Positions 7,897 through 16,852 of a stretch of 64,000 nt of DNA are shown piece after piece; the first letter of the stretch is position 1; each line of letters opens with the position of its first letter. Location: positions 1 through 64,000 of the IMG/VR virus record IMGVR_UViG_3300028182_000001. One strand, 5' to 3'. The translations under genes were made by a program, and so were the position numbers. The notes under the pieces are model-generated. The model saw nothing but the letters and a program-made list of their open reading frames with translations. It was not told where the DNA came from and ran no database searches. The DNA comes from a virus.

Positions 7897-8825
7897 TACT
7901 TAGTCGCCAATCTATTGAACATAAAGTCGATTATCTTTAATACTTCTTCTCGTGACTTAAAGTCTAGAGCGAACATGCCAATCTTACCGTTAGCTGTACG
8001 TTCATGACCAAAACCTGTACGGATCGTAGAGTGTCTGTTATACTGGTTCGGTTCTACGTACCATACGTCTTTAGACTTCCCTACTAAGCGTCTGAATTGC
8101 GTAATAGCTCGTGTGTTATCCGATGTTAAGTTGTCCCCGTCTGACAGGAATAGTACGTGGATGTCGTCTTTACCTGTGTAGTCGTACTCATCTGCGATTG
8201 TGTTTAATAGTTTACCAGCAGTGGATACAATTGTACCACCATGTTCGTAACCTTTGTAGAACTCGTCTCTCTCCACTTCTTTAGCTTCTGTATGGAAGTT
8301 TACGTATCGTACGATTACTCGTTGACCGTACTTACGTGATAACATCTCCTCTGTCCATGTAGCGATGCACTCTGACATGTACTTCTCCCAAATTCCCATT
8401 GATCCCGAACAATCTTTTGCGATGAGTAATACTGGTCGGTGTCCTGGTTGCGTTGTACCTTCCTTCTTGTCTAGACCGATTGCCTTATACAATCTATCCG
8501 AAGTCTCGTTGAAGTAAAGGTCTTGTGTACACTCATCTAAATCCCCTTCACGGAATAAGTCTTCGTCCGTAAGCGCAAGTTTTAGTACCTTCTTTGGAAT
8601 AACTGGCTCTAGTAACGATTTTGGCATTTGAGTGGGCAGTGATTCTAGGAACTTTACTCGTTCTTCCAATCTCGTTACCTTACCTTTTAATTCGTCATTC
8701 TCCGTTCGCAGCTGCTCGTTCTCTGTCATAACTTTGCTTAGGTCTTTATAAATCTCACGTTTCGCATCCGAATGTGCTCTGTTCATAATCTGCATTACGT
8801 TGTCTCTCATGTTAATTGTACTCAT
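7896..8825 (-). CDS. YhbH/YeaH (DUF444)-like vWA-domain protein with N-terminal coiled coil
   Basis: DCSGSMGIWEKYM, HTEAKEV, GGTIVS and SDGDNLTSDN match the C-terminal MIDAS/vWA part of Bacillus sporulation protein YhbH. Confidence 0.8.
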   Translation of the reverse strand: MSTINMRDNVMQIMNRAHSDAKREIYKDLSKVMTENEQLRTENDELKGKVTRLEERVKFLESLPTQMPKSLLEPVIPKKVLKLALTDEDLFREGDLDECTQDLYFNETSDRLYKAIGLDKKEGTTQPGHRPVLLIAKDCSGSMGIWEKYMSECIATWTEEMLSRKYGQRVIVRYVNFHTEAKEVERDEFYKGYEHGGTIVSTAGKLLNTIADEYDYTGKDDIHVLFLSDGDNLTSDNTRAITQFRRLVGKSKDVWYVEPNQYNRHSTIRTGFGHERTANGKIGMFALDFKSREEVLKIIDFMFNRLATK

Positions 8826-9025
8826 TATTGGTTTCTCCCCTTATTCGTTTTATTTGGCTCAAAATGACCTTTTAGATATTCATATAACTCTTTAGCGTGT
8901 CTTGTTGGTACTTCATAATTATGTGATCCCTCTCCTGCCTTGAATGACTCTTTATCGCAAAGGTTGAGCAGGAAACCCTGCCCGTCCTTTAACTTTCCGA
9001 CTTGAAATGCGTACACTTTAATCAT
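8825..9025 (-). CDS. hypothetical protein
   Basis: 66 aa, GGGGGA RBS. Confidence 0.65.
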   Translation of the reverse strand: MIKVYAFQVGKLKDGQGFLLNLCDKESFKAGEGSHNYEVPTRHAKELYEYLKGHFEPNKTNKGRNQ

Positions 9026-9036
9026 ATGTATCCCCC

Positions 9037-9399
9037 TTAATTTTCCTCTAGGAATGTTTTTAGTAGGTATTGGTATGTAACGCTCTCTGAGATGAACTCT
9101 GCTAGGATCATATACGCTTTATACTGCCCTGATTCTGTCCAGTCCTCCTCACTTACGACCGCATACGGGATTGGTTCTCCGCTATTACCGCAGTCGTGTA
9201 CATAGTGGGATGCCCACATTGACTCAGGACTAGTATCGTTCTCCCACAGGTTCATCTGCTCGATAGTGATATACCCCTTACCTCTACACCACATCATGAA
9301 GCTTCCAGGAGTTAGACTACTATCGAAGTAGTCTAAGAAGTCCTCTCCTGCTTCCATCTGCCATGCTACAATTTTGTCATAGATTTCTTGTTTATTCAT
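9037..9399 (-). CDS. hypothetical protein
   Basis: Start moved to MNKQ after GAGAGG. Confidence 0.65.
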   Translation of the reverse strand: MNKQEIYDKIVAWQMEAGEDFLDYFDSSLTPGSFMMWCRGKGYITIEQMNLWENDTSPESMWASHYVHDCGNSGEPIPYAVVSEEDWTESGQYKAYMILAEFISESVTYQYLLKTFLEEN

Positions 9400-9400
9400 A

Positions 9401-9619
9401 TTACCTCTCCTCACTTTCTTGGAACATCACAATGTCGGTGTATCTGACAAACTTTCTACCTACCCAAAGGAAGTCACCCGTTCGGATGAGTTCCCCGTTA
9501 GCGTCTTTACCGTGATTCTTTGCGTCCATTAAAGCTCTCGCAAAGTCATCTATATTGTTATACCTTCTTGAGTCGTGTACAAATTTCGTACGATTCATTA
9601 AGTAGACATCAACTTTCAT
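9401..9619 (-). CDS. hypothetical protein
   Basis: 72 aa, GGAGGG RBS. Confidence 0.65.
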   Translation of the reverse strand: MKVDVYLMNRTKFVHDSRRYNNIDDFARALMDAKNHGKDANGELIRTGDFLWVGRKFVRYTDIVMFQESEER

Positions 9620-9630
9620 AGTGTCCCTCC

Positions 9631-10818
9631 TTAGTTAGCTTTGAAATTGTAAAGTGGTTTAATCGTATGTACGATGTCCATTGTATCTTTCGTGTTCTCA
9701 ACAATCTCATCCATTGGTTTGTATGCCATTGGTGCCTCGTCAATCGTGCTAGTACCTACAGAAGTTGTCCACACGTCTTTCATTGTGTTCTCGAAGTCTT
9801 CTAGTTTGATATTCTCTTTAGCTTTCGTACGGCTCATAAGTCGTCCTGCTCCGTGCGGTGCTGAGAAGTTCCAGTCTGCGTTACCTTTACCTACTGCGAT
9901 AAGAGAACCGTCACGCATATTGATTGGTACAATTATACGTTCTCCTTTTAAAGCAGATACAGCACCTTTACGTAGTACAGAGTACTCCATGTCGATGTAG
10001 TTATGGATCGTTGTAAATTGGTCAGTAATTAACCATCCCATATGAGACACGATTTCATCTACCATTGCTCTACGGTTTTGGGCCGCATAGAACTGAGCAA
10101 TCTTCATATCATGCATATAGTTCTTGAAAGCTTGTCCTTCAACGAATGCGAGTTCTTTCTTGATTTTAGGTTTCTTGATACCACGTAGGGCCGCATGAAT
10201 CTCTAGTTGTCTACCTTCACGTTTTAGTTGTTCAACTAGCTCCTGCTTCGCATCTTTAACGCTCATAAGCTCGTTGTACGCTACACGTTGGTAATGCTCT
10301 GCTACCTGCTTCCCTAGATTACGAGAACCTGAGTGGATGACGATGTATACTTTACCATCTGTATCTTCATTTAATTCAATGAAGTGATTTCCTCCACCAA
10401 GAGTCCCGATGCTTTTCTCTGCACGATCCGTGTTGAATGGTGCAATTACATCTTTTAAGTTTACTAGTTTAGAGAATCGGTGTGCTTTATCACGGATGTC
10501 GTAACCGCTTGGTACGAACTTACGGATTACATCATCCAGTTTATCGAAGTTAATTTCGTCTTTACGCTTGTTGATTACTGCAACCTCCATCCCACAGCCG
10601 ATGTCAACCCCTACGAGATTTGGCACTATCTTGTCTGTAATTGTCATTGTAGTTCCGATTACACAACCTGCACCAGCATGTGTATCAGGCATGATACGTA
10701 TTTTGTTTCCTTCTGTGAACCCTTGGTTACATAGTTCGATTATCTGTCCTACTGTAACATCGTCTACGTTGTCTGTAAATACTTTTGCTTGGTTAAATTT
10801 ACCTTGTAGTTCTATCAT
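9631..10818 (-). CDS. rtcB: RtcB family RNA ligase
   Basis: IMPDTH, GVDIGCG, GTLGGGNHFIE, HSGSR, HNY, RKGA, HGAGR and DEAPMAYK motifs; ATG 10818 after GGAGG. Confidence 0.95.
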   Translation of the reverse strand: MIELQGKFNQAKVFTDNVDDVTVGQIIELCNQGFTEGNKIRIMPDTHAGAGCVIGTTMTITDKIVPNLVGVDIGCGMEVAVINKRKDEINFDKLDDVIRKFVPSGYDIRDKAHRFSKLVNLKDVIAPFNTDRAEKSIGTLGGGNHFIELNEDTDGKVYIVIHSGSRNLGKQVAEHYQRVAYNELMSVKDAKQELVEQLKREGRQLEIHAALRGIKKPKIKKELAFVEGQAFKNYMHDMKIAQFYAAQNRRAMVDEIVSHMGWLITDQFTTIHNYIDMEYSVLRKGAVSALKGERIIVPINMRDGSLIAVGKGNADWNFSAPHGAGRLMSRTKAKENIKLEDFENTMKDVWTTSVGTSTIDEAPMAYKPMDEIVENTKDTMDIVHTIKPLYNFKAN

Positions 10819-10988
10819 TATGATTCCTCCCGTTTCTCTATTGTTCTCATTTCTGTTTTTCCGCACTTATTACAAGCCATAATAATTGTTCGCGATCCGT
10901 CTTCATTCACCTTGTCGTATTCTTTATCGCAGAAACAACATGTATGTTCGAATAAACTCATTAGTCTCGCTATGATAAGACTAGCCAT
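10818..10988 (-). CDS. small Cys-rich Zn-ribbon protein (56 aa, not in ORF track)
   Basis: MASLII...CCFC...CNKCG; AAGGA RBS; TAATG coupling to rtcB. Confidence 0.55.
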   Translation of the reverse strand: MASLIIARLMSLFEHTCCFCDKEYDKVNEDGSRTIIMACNKCGKTEMRTIEKREES

Positions 10989-11125
10989 TAGTTATCATCC
11001 TTCTTAGATGATGCTAAACAGATTAGTATAGCCAACGTCCAGTAGTTACGAGTTAAATAGAATACGAACGCAGTTAGTGCAATGACTCCTAAATTATGTA
11101 GTAGGATCGTTACCCATTTGTTCAT
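10988..11125 (-). CDS. small membrane protein
   Basis: MNKWVTILLHNLG..., two hydrophobic segments, AAAGGA RBS. Confidence 0.6.
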   Translation of the reverse strand: MNKWVTILLHNLGVIALTAFVFYLTRNYWTLAILICLASSKKDDN

Positions 11126-11321
11126 TCCTTTCTCTCTCCCTTCGTCTTTCACAGATTCTACATTTTTCTTTATCAACAATATGAATCCCCTTCTTCCCCC
11201 CGTTACTTGTATAGTTTAGGTGTAGTATAAAGGTCTCGTTTGCGTGCCTACGACATAAATCAACAAACTCCACTATATCACCCCCTAAAGCTCCAAAAGA
11301 AGTCGGCTTTTCCACACTCAC
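11094..11321 (-). CDS. hypothetical protein
   Basis: ORF in a dense leftward run; start uncertain. Confidence 0.5.
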   Translation of the reverse strand: MSVEKPTSFGALGGDIVEFVDLCRRHANETFILHLNYTSNGGKKGIHIVDKEKCRICERRRERERNEQMGNDPTT

Positions 11322-11523
11322 GGCAGAACTTGATGATTATACCTGACGTTCTTTTATGTGAGCAAATGTCCTGAATCCTACGGTTATTTAGTTGTAACTT
11401 CGCAATCGTGTTGTCTAACTCGACTTGCTTTATCGCTTTCACCATCTCTAGCTGGTCCTGTTCTTCCCTAAGCTCATCTATTGTCATGTTAATCCATCTC
11501 CGATCCACATGTGCGACATACAT
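11278..11523 (-). CDS. hypothetical protein (coiled coil plus CxH/CxxC)
   Basis: ORF in run; likely start MTID. Confidence 0.55.
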   Translation of the reverse strand: MYVAHVDRRWINMTIDELREEQDQLEMVKAIKQVELDNTIAKLQLNNRRIQDICSHKRTSGIIIKFCRECGKADFFWSFRG

Positions 11524-11791
11524 TTAATTCTATGGAACAATCAATACAGTACTTCGGTGTACGTGAATTATGATGCATACAATCCTTTTTACAATAACCA
11601 CACGAATACTCCGTGAACGCTTGAAGTGCTAAACCGTTTCGTAAGTAGAAGCAAGTCTTACACTCTTGACTGCGAGTACGTACTTCTTTGCGTGGGTCGT
11701 TCTCGTAATTATCTATCTCTTGTTTTCTGTGCTTGTAGTACTGATTAGCCCAGTGTGTATCCAGTTTAATCGTTTCTTTAACGTCTTTCAT
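11489..11791 (-). CDS. Cys-rich Zn-binding protein
   Basis: Four CxxC pairs. Confidence 0.65.
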   Translation of the reverse strand: MKDVKETIKLDTHWANQYYKHRKQEIDNYENDPRKEVRTRSQECKTCFYLRNGLALQAFTEYSCGYCKKDCMHHNSRTPKYCIDCSIELNVCRTCGSEMD

Positions 11792-11793
11792 AG

Positions 11794-12054
11794 CTATTCC
11801 CCCTCTACATCTTTACGTGTAACTTCCCACGACTCACGATCCTCTAAGCAATCACCATAACCAACTTCGTCTCCTGGTTCGTAGTAATCATTCATATACT
11901 GGATACATGTGTCACAGTAGTATGTCGATGTTACAGTACCCTCATCTGCGGCCTTAACGCATTGTAGGGTGCTTCCTTTCTTAAAACCTCGTGTACATCC
12001 CCAACATTTACGATCCTTACGAATCTTGACGTGCTTATCTAGTAAAATATCCAT
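11794..12054 (-). CDS. Zn-finger protein
   Basis: RKDRKCWGC...YCDTC. Confidence 0.65.
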   Translation of the reverse strand: MDILLDKHVKIRKDRKCWGCTRGFKKGSTLQCVKAADEGTVTSTYYCDTCIQYMNDYYEPGDEVGYGDCLEDRESWEVTRKDVEGE

Positions 12055-12064
12055 AATTCACTCC

Positions 12065-12262
12065 CTAATACATAGATTTAAATGGTTCGTTAGACCCTTC
12101 TTTAAGGAAAGAAGGTAAGACCTCTTCTGCCCAGTCTTTCTGTAGCTTACTGCTTGTCTTACCTTTCTCGTCTACTTCCCGATAATGGATCATACCGTCC
12201 TTAGAAGTTCTAATTACAACCAGTCTCTTCTTACCGTTTGACCAAAATCCGTTGTACTTCAT
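12065..12262 (-). CDS. hypothetical protein
   Basis: 65 aa, AAGGTG RBS. Confidence 0.6.
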   Translation of the reverse strand: MKYNGFWSNGKKRLVVIRTSKDGMIHYREVDEKGKTSSKLQKDWAEEVLPSFLKEGSNEPFKSMY

Positions 12263-12280
12263 TGTTGCACCTTCTAGTTG

Positions 12281-12859
12281 TTATTTTTCGTTCTGTGCCG
12301 AAGCTGCTTCTTGGAATGCTTCTTGTAAAGCAGTCAGTCTTCGTGGGTGGTACGCTCGTTTCTTATGTACTTCTAGTTGTTGTTCTACCTGCTTCAGACA
12401 ATTCTGCAAGTCCTTGGCTAGTTTCGGGTTACTTGCGACTAACATTTTAATAGGTGTGGCTATTTCTGTAAAGTTCTTCGCTTGTCGTCTCTGTCTTTGT
12501 AAGGTTATGAGGTCTTCCGTATACTTCACCTTGTCATCGACCGATTCATCGAATAACTCTAACGCATGTAACAGGTCTAACTGCATCTCGTTCATACGTT
12601 TCACATCTTCTGCGGCCAAGTTATACGTTTTAGCGTGTGCAAATATGTTGATAGCGCTCTGTAGGTCTGATATTAGATTAGTAGTGTCATAAGCAGACGG
12701 TGTTAATCCTAGTTCCTCTGCTCGTACTCTCTCTTTATCTTCCTCAGCTACCACACGTAACATATCGTACGCTTCCTGGATATCTGCTTTAACCTTTACT
12801 GTCATTTTTCCTGCTTCTATTACACCTTCGATTAGTTCTGTAGCTCTTACTAAGCTCAT
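12281..12859 (-). CDS. hypothetical coiled-coil protein
   Basis: 192 aa, AGAGG RBS. Confidence 0.7.
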   Translation of the reverse strand: MSLVRATELIEGVIEAGKMTVKVKADIQEAYDMLRVVAEEDKERVRAEELGLTPSAYDTTNLISDLQSAINIFAHAKTYNLAAEDVKRMNEMQLDLLHALELFDESVDDKVKYTEDLITLQRQRRQAKNFTEIATPIKMLVASNPKLAKDLQNCLKQVEQQLEVHKKRAYHPRRLTALQEAFQEAASAQNEK

Positions 12860-12892
12860 AATTATACCTCTTTCCGTATTTTTATTAGTTTT

Positions 12893-13165
12893 TTATTCAA
12901 CTAGTGTCCAGTCATTTGCATCTCTATCTCTATCTGAAGGTTGGTACCCCATACATAGAGTGTTTAGTGCGGTCCTTATAACTACTGTTCCTTCGAATCG
13001 TGGCTCTCCAATGTACTCTCCGTACCCATACTTTAAAGAAGCCGACAACTCATGACCTGGTATGTAGTACAAAAACACATCTTTATGCCAAGACTCTCTT
13101 CTAAATTTCTTACCCTCTTCTAATAGAGGGAGAACATTATCATAGTAGTGACAATTCATGACCAT
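12893..13165 (-). CDS. DUF2829 / Tad2-like protein (putative anti-Thoeris sponge)
   Basis: L..GKKFRRESW...FLY and YQPS..D..ANDW.LVE match the DUF2829 pattern. Confidence 0.65.
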   Translation of the reverse strand: MVMNCHYYDNVLPLLEEGKKFRRESWHKDVFLYYIPGHELSASLKYGYGEYIGEPRFEGTVVIRTALNTLCMGYQPSDRDRDANDWTLVE

Positions 13166-13166
13166 A

Positions 13167-13418
13167 TTACTTACCGTCCTTCAACCACGTAATACACGCT
13201 ACTGGGTTGATTCGGTAAAACTCTTTTGCGTGCTGTTCTTCAAAAAGACCACCCATATTGAATCCTGTTAAAAAAGCACTTTCTAGTAGCTCTTTAATGT
13301 CTCTAGGAAGTCGTGCTTCTTCTAACTTAACTTCCTCTTTCCACATCTTTAAAGCTGCTTGTTCTTGTTTGCCTAACATCTCTTCTACTTTTGCGTGTAG
13401 TTCTTTTTCTTCCATCAC
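13167..13418 (-). CDS. hypothetical protein
   Basis: 83 aa, AGGAG RBS. Confidence 0.6.
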   Translation of the reverse strand: MMEEKELHAKVEEMLGKQEQAALKMWKEEVKLEEARLPRDIKELLESAFLTGFNMGGLFEEQHAKEFYRINPVACITWLKDGK

Positions 13419-13678
13419 TTCTTCACTCCTGCCATGATTTCTAATTTTGTATCCTTAATCAGGATCATCAACTCTTTAACACTAGTTACTTCACTATCTA
13501 TTAACTTCTTGTCCAACAAACCAACGCACGCTCTCTCTACGTTAGCGTAGTAACCAACCTCTTTGAAGCCGAATTGAGGTGGTTCTCCCTCTTTCGTTTT
13601 CTTTTTGTACTTTTGATTGATAATCACGTTATTCGTATCGGACGTAAGCTTATAATCTTCACCAATATAGATTTCCAT
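13415..13678 (-). CDS. hypothetical protein
   Basis: 87 aa, AGGAGG RBS. Confidence 0.7.
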   Translation of the reverse strand: MEIYIGEDYKLTSDTNNVIINQKYKKKTKEGEPPQFGFKEVGYYANVERACVGLLDKKLIDSEVTSVKELMILIKDTKLEIMAGVKK

Positions 13679-13689
13679 GATTGTTCCTC

Positions 13690-13893
13690 CTATCTAATAT
13701 ATTTAGGTCTCTGTGTAACAATGATGGTCTCTGTGTTGACGTGTCCCAGTTGCTTAATCATTCCATCTCCGAACCAATGTTGGTCGTAACGTTTGATAAG
13801 TATTTGGTCTTTCCATTGTTGCGCTAAACCGTTGTGAACCTCGTCACAGTATCTAATCTTCTGCACATAACCCGTTTGCGTAGGCTCTAACAT
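13690..13893 (-). CDS. hypothetical protein
   Basis: 67 aa, AGGAGG RBS. Confidence 0.65.
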   Translation of the reverse strand: MLEPTQTGYVQKIRYCDEVHNGLAQQWKDQILIKRYDQHWFGDGMIKQLGHVNTETIIVTQRPKYIR

Positions 13894-14132
13894 TACTTAC
13901 CCTCCTTGAGTTGGGCTTCGTATTCTTCTGTTGTCGCATCGGTGTAGTTAATTCGTAAATCATCATCCCATTCAAACTCTTTTGATGACTCTACCGAAGC
14001 TACGTGACTCATAGTATCTAATTGAACGTCTATAGCGATTTTAACCTCTTCATTGATCTCTTCTTCAGTGTAGTTGTCGTACTCTCCATTCGCATCCACA
14101 ACATACAATGTAACTTTATGAACTTTTGCCAT
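13893..14132 (-). CDS. acidic hypothetical protein
   Basis: 79 aa, AGGAGG RBS. Confidence 0.7.
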   Translation of the reverse strand: MAKVHKVTLYVVDANGEYDNYTEEEINEEVKIAIDVQLDTMSHVASVESSKEFEWDDDLRINYTDATTEEYEAQLKEGK

Positions 14133-14641
14133 TATTGACCCTCCTTGCTTAATTTTTTACGGTATACTTTGAACTCGTACTTGAATCCTACGTCCTGTGT
14201 TCCTTCTTCTCCGAAACACTCTCGATAGTCCTCTTTCACAAAACTAGGGAAGAAACTATCTGCTTCAAACTCTTTTTCTAGTTCAGTTAGGTATAATCTG
14301 TTAGCAAAGGGCATAAACTGCTTGTATACGTTTGCACCACCGATAATCATAACCTCTCTGTACTTTTTTAGTTCACTAAACACTGCGGCCACACTAGGTA
14401 GCACAAGTACGGATGGGTGAGGACTATAACTCTCGTCTCTGCTCAGTACAATGTTGATCCGACCTTCAAGTGGTTTACCGATGCTCTCATATGTCTTTCT
14501 ACCCATTACTACAGGTTTGTTATATGTATGCTTCTTAAACCAATCAAAGTCTTCCTTACAACGCCACAGTAACTTATTATCTAACCCTATTTCGTTGTTC
14601 TTTCCGATAGCTGCTATTAACGATATCTCCATGTTGTTCAC
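14132..14641 (-). CDS. folA: dihydrofolate reductase
   Basis: IAA..N.EIG..N.L.W...D..WFK, VVMGRKTYESIGKPLEGR.NIVLSR, IIGG, D.FFP; true start probably ATG 14632. Confidence 0.95.
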   Translation of the reverse strand: MNNMEISLIAAIGKNNEIGLDNKLLWRCKEDFDWFKKHTYNKPVVMGRKTYESIGKPLEGRINIVLSRDESYSPHPSVLVLPSVAAVFSELKKYREVMIIGGANVYKQFMPFANRLYLTELEKEFEADSFFPSFVKEDYRECFGEEGTQDVGFKYEFKVYRKKLSKEGQ

Positions 14642-14664
14642 CTCCTGTTGTTGTATCTGTACTT

Positions 14665-14694
14665 AGTATATATCCATTGTTGTATTATAGTCAA
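14665..14694 (-). promoter_or_regulatory. sigma-A promoter with TTGTTG-N9-CAACAA dyad
   Basis: Minus strand TTGACT-18-TATACT; dyad 14677-14697. Confidence 0.75.
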
Positions 14695-14715
14695 CAACTT
14701 TTTTAAAAGTTACAG

Positions 14716-14749
14716 AAAAAAAAATAACTAGGTATCATAACCTAGTTAT
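14716..14749 (-). terminator. intrinsic terminator
   Basis: ATAACTAGGT/ACCTAGTTAT stem with long T-tract on minus strand. Confidence 0.75.
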
Positions 14750-15038
14750 CTTCTGCATACTTTAGTTCTGTAGCTTGGCTCCAAAGACGTTCTCCCTCTT
14801 CCTTGTTTATCAGGATCGGTATAGATGATCCGTCCATAGCGTGGAAATAGAGACCTTCTTCAGTCTTGATGATGATTTCTCCGTTATCCATTCTTCTCAT
14901 CCATGATTTCTGTCTACCTAACTTCCACGCATCATATTTAATACGTAAGCTAGGGAAGAAGTACATCACTACAAGAGGGAGCGTTACAAAGACGTAGGAC
15001 ACGAGTAAAACGATAACAATATTATCCCATAAGAACAC
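14742..15038 (-). CDS. membrane-anchored hypothetical protein
   Basis: N-terminal hydrophobic helix; AGGAGG RBS. Confidence 0.65.
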   Translation of the reverse strand: MFLWDNIVIVLLVSYVFVTLPLVVMYFFPSLRIKYDAWKLGRQKSWMRRMDNGEIIIKTEEGLYFHAMDGSSIPILINKEEGERLWSQATELKYAEDN

Positions 15039-15664
15039 TACTTAGACCTCCTTACGTTGTAGAAAGACTGTATCTGACTTGCTACGGTACCAGGATTAAC
15101 TACAGACATAATGTAATCAACCTCTGCATATAAATCTTCTATAGTCCCGTTATTCATGATTGTAAAGTCTGTATCCATCTCTCTAACATAGACTTCAGTT
15201 TCATGTTGTAACTCTTCTTCTGAGAAAGAGTCTCCTTCGTCCTTGGCACGTTGTACACGTACCGATTTAGGTGCTAGTACCTTAATGATATGGTACCCTT
15301 CTTCCCGACAACGTTCTAGCTCGTTATGTTGGCGCAAATCAGTAATGACAGGTTTAAATTTTACTTGTATGTCCGTAAGAATGTTATATCCTATAGCGGC
15401 CTGTCTAATGACTTCTATTCTATTGAAGCACTTGTTAATCCAGTAGTCCTCGCCATGCACGTAACGCATAAGTTGTCCGTATAGCTGGTACCCTTTACGT
15501 GGCTTTGGAACCATCGGTATATCGGGGTACGCTTTATGGAAGTCACATTTTAATTCATCTGCGAACGCAAACTGTGCCATACCGTACCTCTTATCTAAGT
15601 AATCTGCTACGGTAGACTTACCTGAACGGAACTCTCCTGCAATCGCAATTTTAAGTTCTTTCAC
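15038..15664 (-). CDS. deoxynucleoside monophosphate kinase
   Basis: P-loop GEFRSGKST, FADELK, ITDLR..NE and H.TE motifs. Confidence 0.85.
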   Translation of the reverse strand: MKELKIAIAGEFRSGKSTVADYLDKRYGMAQFAFADELKCDFHKAYPDIPMVPKPRKGYQLYGQLMRYVHGEDYWINKCFNRIEVIRQAAIGYNILTDIQVKFKPVITDLRQHNELERCREEGYHIIKVLAPKSVRVQRAKDEGDSFSEEELQHETEVYVREMDTDFTIMNNGTIEDLYAEVDYIMSVVNPGTVASQIQSFYNVRRSK

Positions 15665-15699
15665 GACTAATCTCCTCCTATGGAGACCTCTGTAGACCT

Positions 15700-16569
15700 T
15701 TATAGACCTACAGAGACCTTTCCTTTAATGGTTGGATGGGGGTCATAACCTTCTAACTCGAAGTCATCTATCGTATAGTCCTCGATATTCTCATGGACTG
15801 TTTTAACCGTTAACTTAGGTAGTAAGCGTGGTTCACGTTGTAACTGCTCTTTAACCTGTTCGATATGGTTTAGATATACATGTGCGTCACCTGCTGAGTA
15901 AACAAGTTCTCCCACTTCAAGTCCTGTCATCTTTGCAATGATGTGTACCAATAGTGCATAACTAGCGATGTTAAAGGGTAAACCTAAGAAAATGTCGTTA
16001 CTTCTCATTGTAAACATTAAGCTTAACTTACCTTCTGCTACATATAACTGAACTGCATAATGACATGGTGGTAATGCTACCTTATCAAGTACAGAAGGAT
16101 TAAACGCAATCATTAACATACGTCTTGAATCAGGGTTTGTTTTGACCTGTTCAATTAAATCTTTCAACTGGTCAATGTTCTCACCATTCCAGTTACGCCA
16201 CTGTGCTCCGTAGATATCACCTAACTCGAAACCACGTAATTGTACTGCTTTCAAGAACTCATCTTTATCCATACGACCGTGATTGTCTCGGTACCAACGA
16301 TAAGCGTCATCATCCCAAATGTGTACGTTATTATCTAATAAGTACTTTAAGTCCGTGCTCCCTTTAACAAACCACAATAGCTCTTGTGCCACGATACGGA
16401 AAGGGACTCTTTTCGTTGTAAGTAACGGGAACCCTTCCGATAAGTCGAAACGCATCTGAGCACCGAATACGGACATTGTACCTGTTCCCGTACGATCCCC
16501 TTTCTGTACTCCCTTTGTGATAACTCTTTCTGCTAACGCTAAATACTGCTCGTCCACGCTATTAATCAT
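15700..16569 (-). CDS. thyA: thymidylate synthase
   Basis: DRTGTGT, FPLLTTK, ELLWF, YGAQWR, DSRR, LPPCH, RSND.FLGLPFN, HVY.NH. Confidence 0.97.
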   Translation of the reverse strand: MINSVDEQYLALAERVITKGVQKGDRTGTGTMSVFGAQMRFDLSEGFPLLTTKRVPFRIVAQELLWFVKGSTDLKYLLDNNVHIWDDDAYRWYRDNHGRMDKDEFLKAVQLRGFELGDIYGAQWRNWNGENIDQLKDLIEQVKTNPDSRRMLMIAFNPSVLDKVALPPCHYAVQLYVAEGKLSLMFTMRSNDIFLGLPFNIASYALLVHIIAKMTGLEVGELVYSAGDAHVYLNHIEQVKEQLQREPRLLPKLTVKTVHENIEDYTIDDFELEGYDPHPTIKGKVSVGL

Positions 16570-16807
16570 TTACTTCTACGCCCTCCTGCTCTGACTGCCA
16601 TTCTTTTAACCATTTCGGTACGAATGCGTCTTCCTTCACTTCTTTATGTGCGGTCGTATTAATGCACTTAAAACAGTACATGTGCTTAATATGATCCTTT
16701 TCTTTTAATCTACTTTTCTTTCTATGTATCTGAGTGGTATTGCCGCACTCTGTACACTCTAAGTATGTTGACGCTGTTTTTGTTCTGCTTCCTGAAGCCA
16801 TTATCAC
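16562..16807 (-). CDS. Zn-ribbon protein (L33-like fold)
   Basis: LECTECG...MYCFKC...HKEVK. Confidence 0.6.
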   Translation of the reverse strand: MIMASGSRTKTASTYLECTECGNTTQIHRKKSRLKEKDHIKHMYCFKCINTTAHKEVKEDAFVPKWLKEWQSEQEGVEVND

Positions 16808-16852
16808 CCACCTCCTATAGTTTCTATTATACCATGATTCTATGGCTCTATC

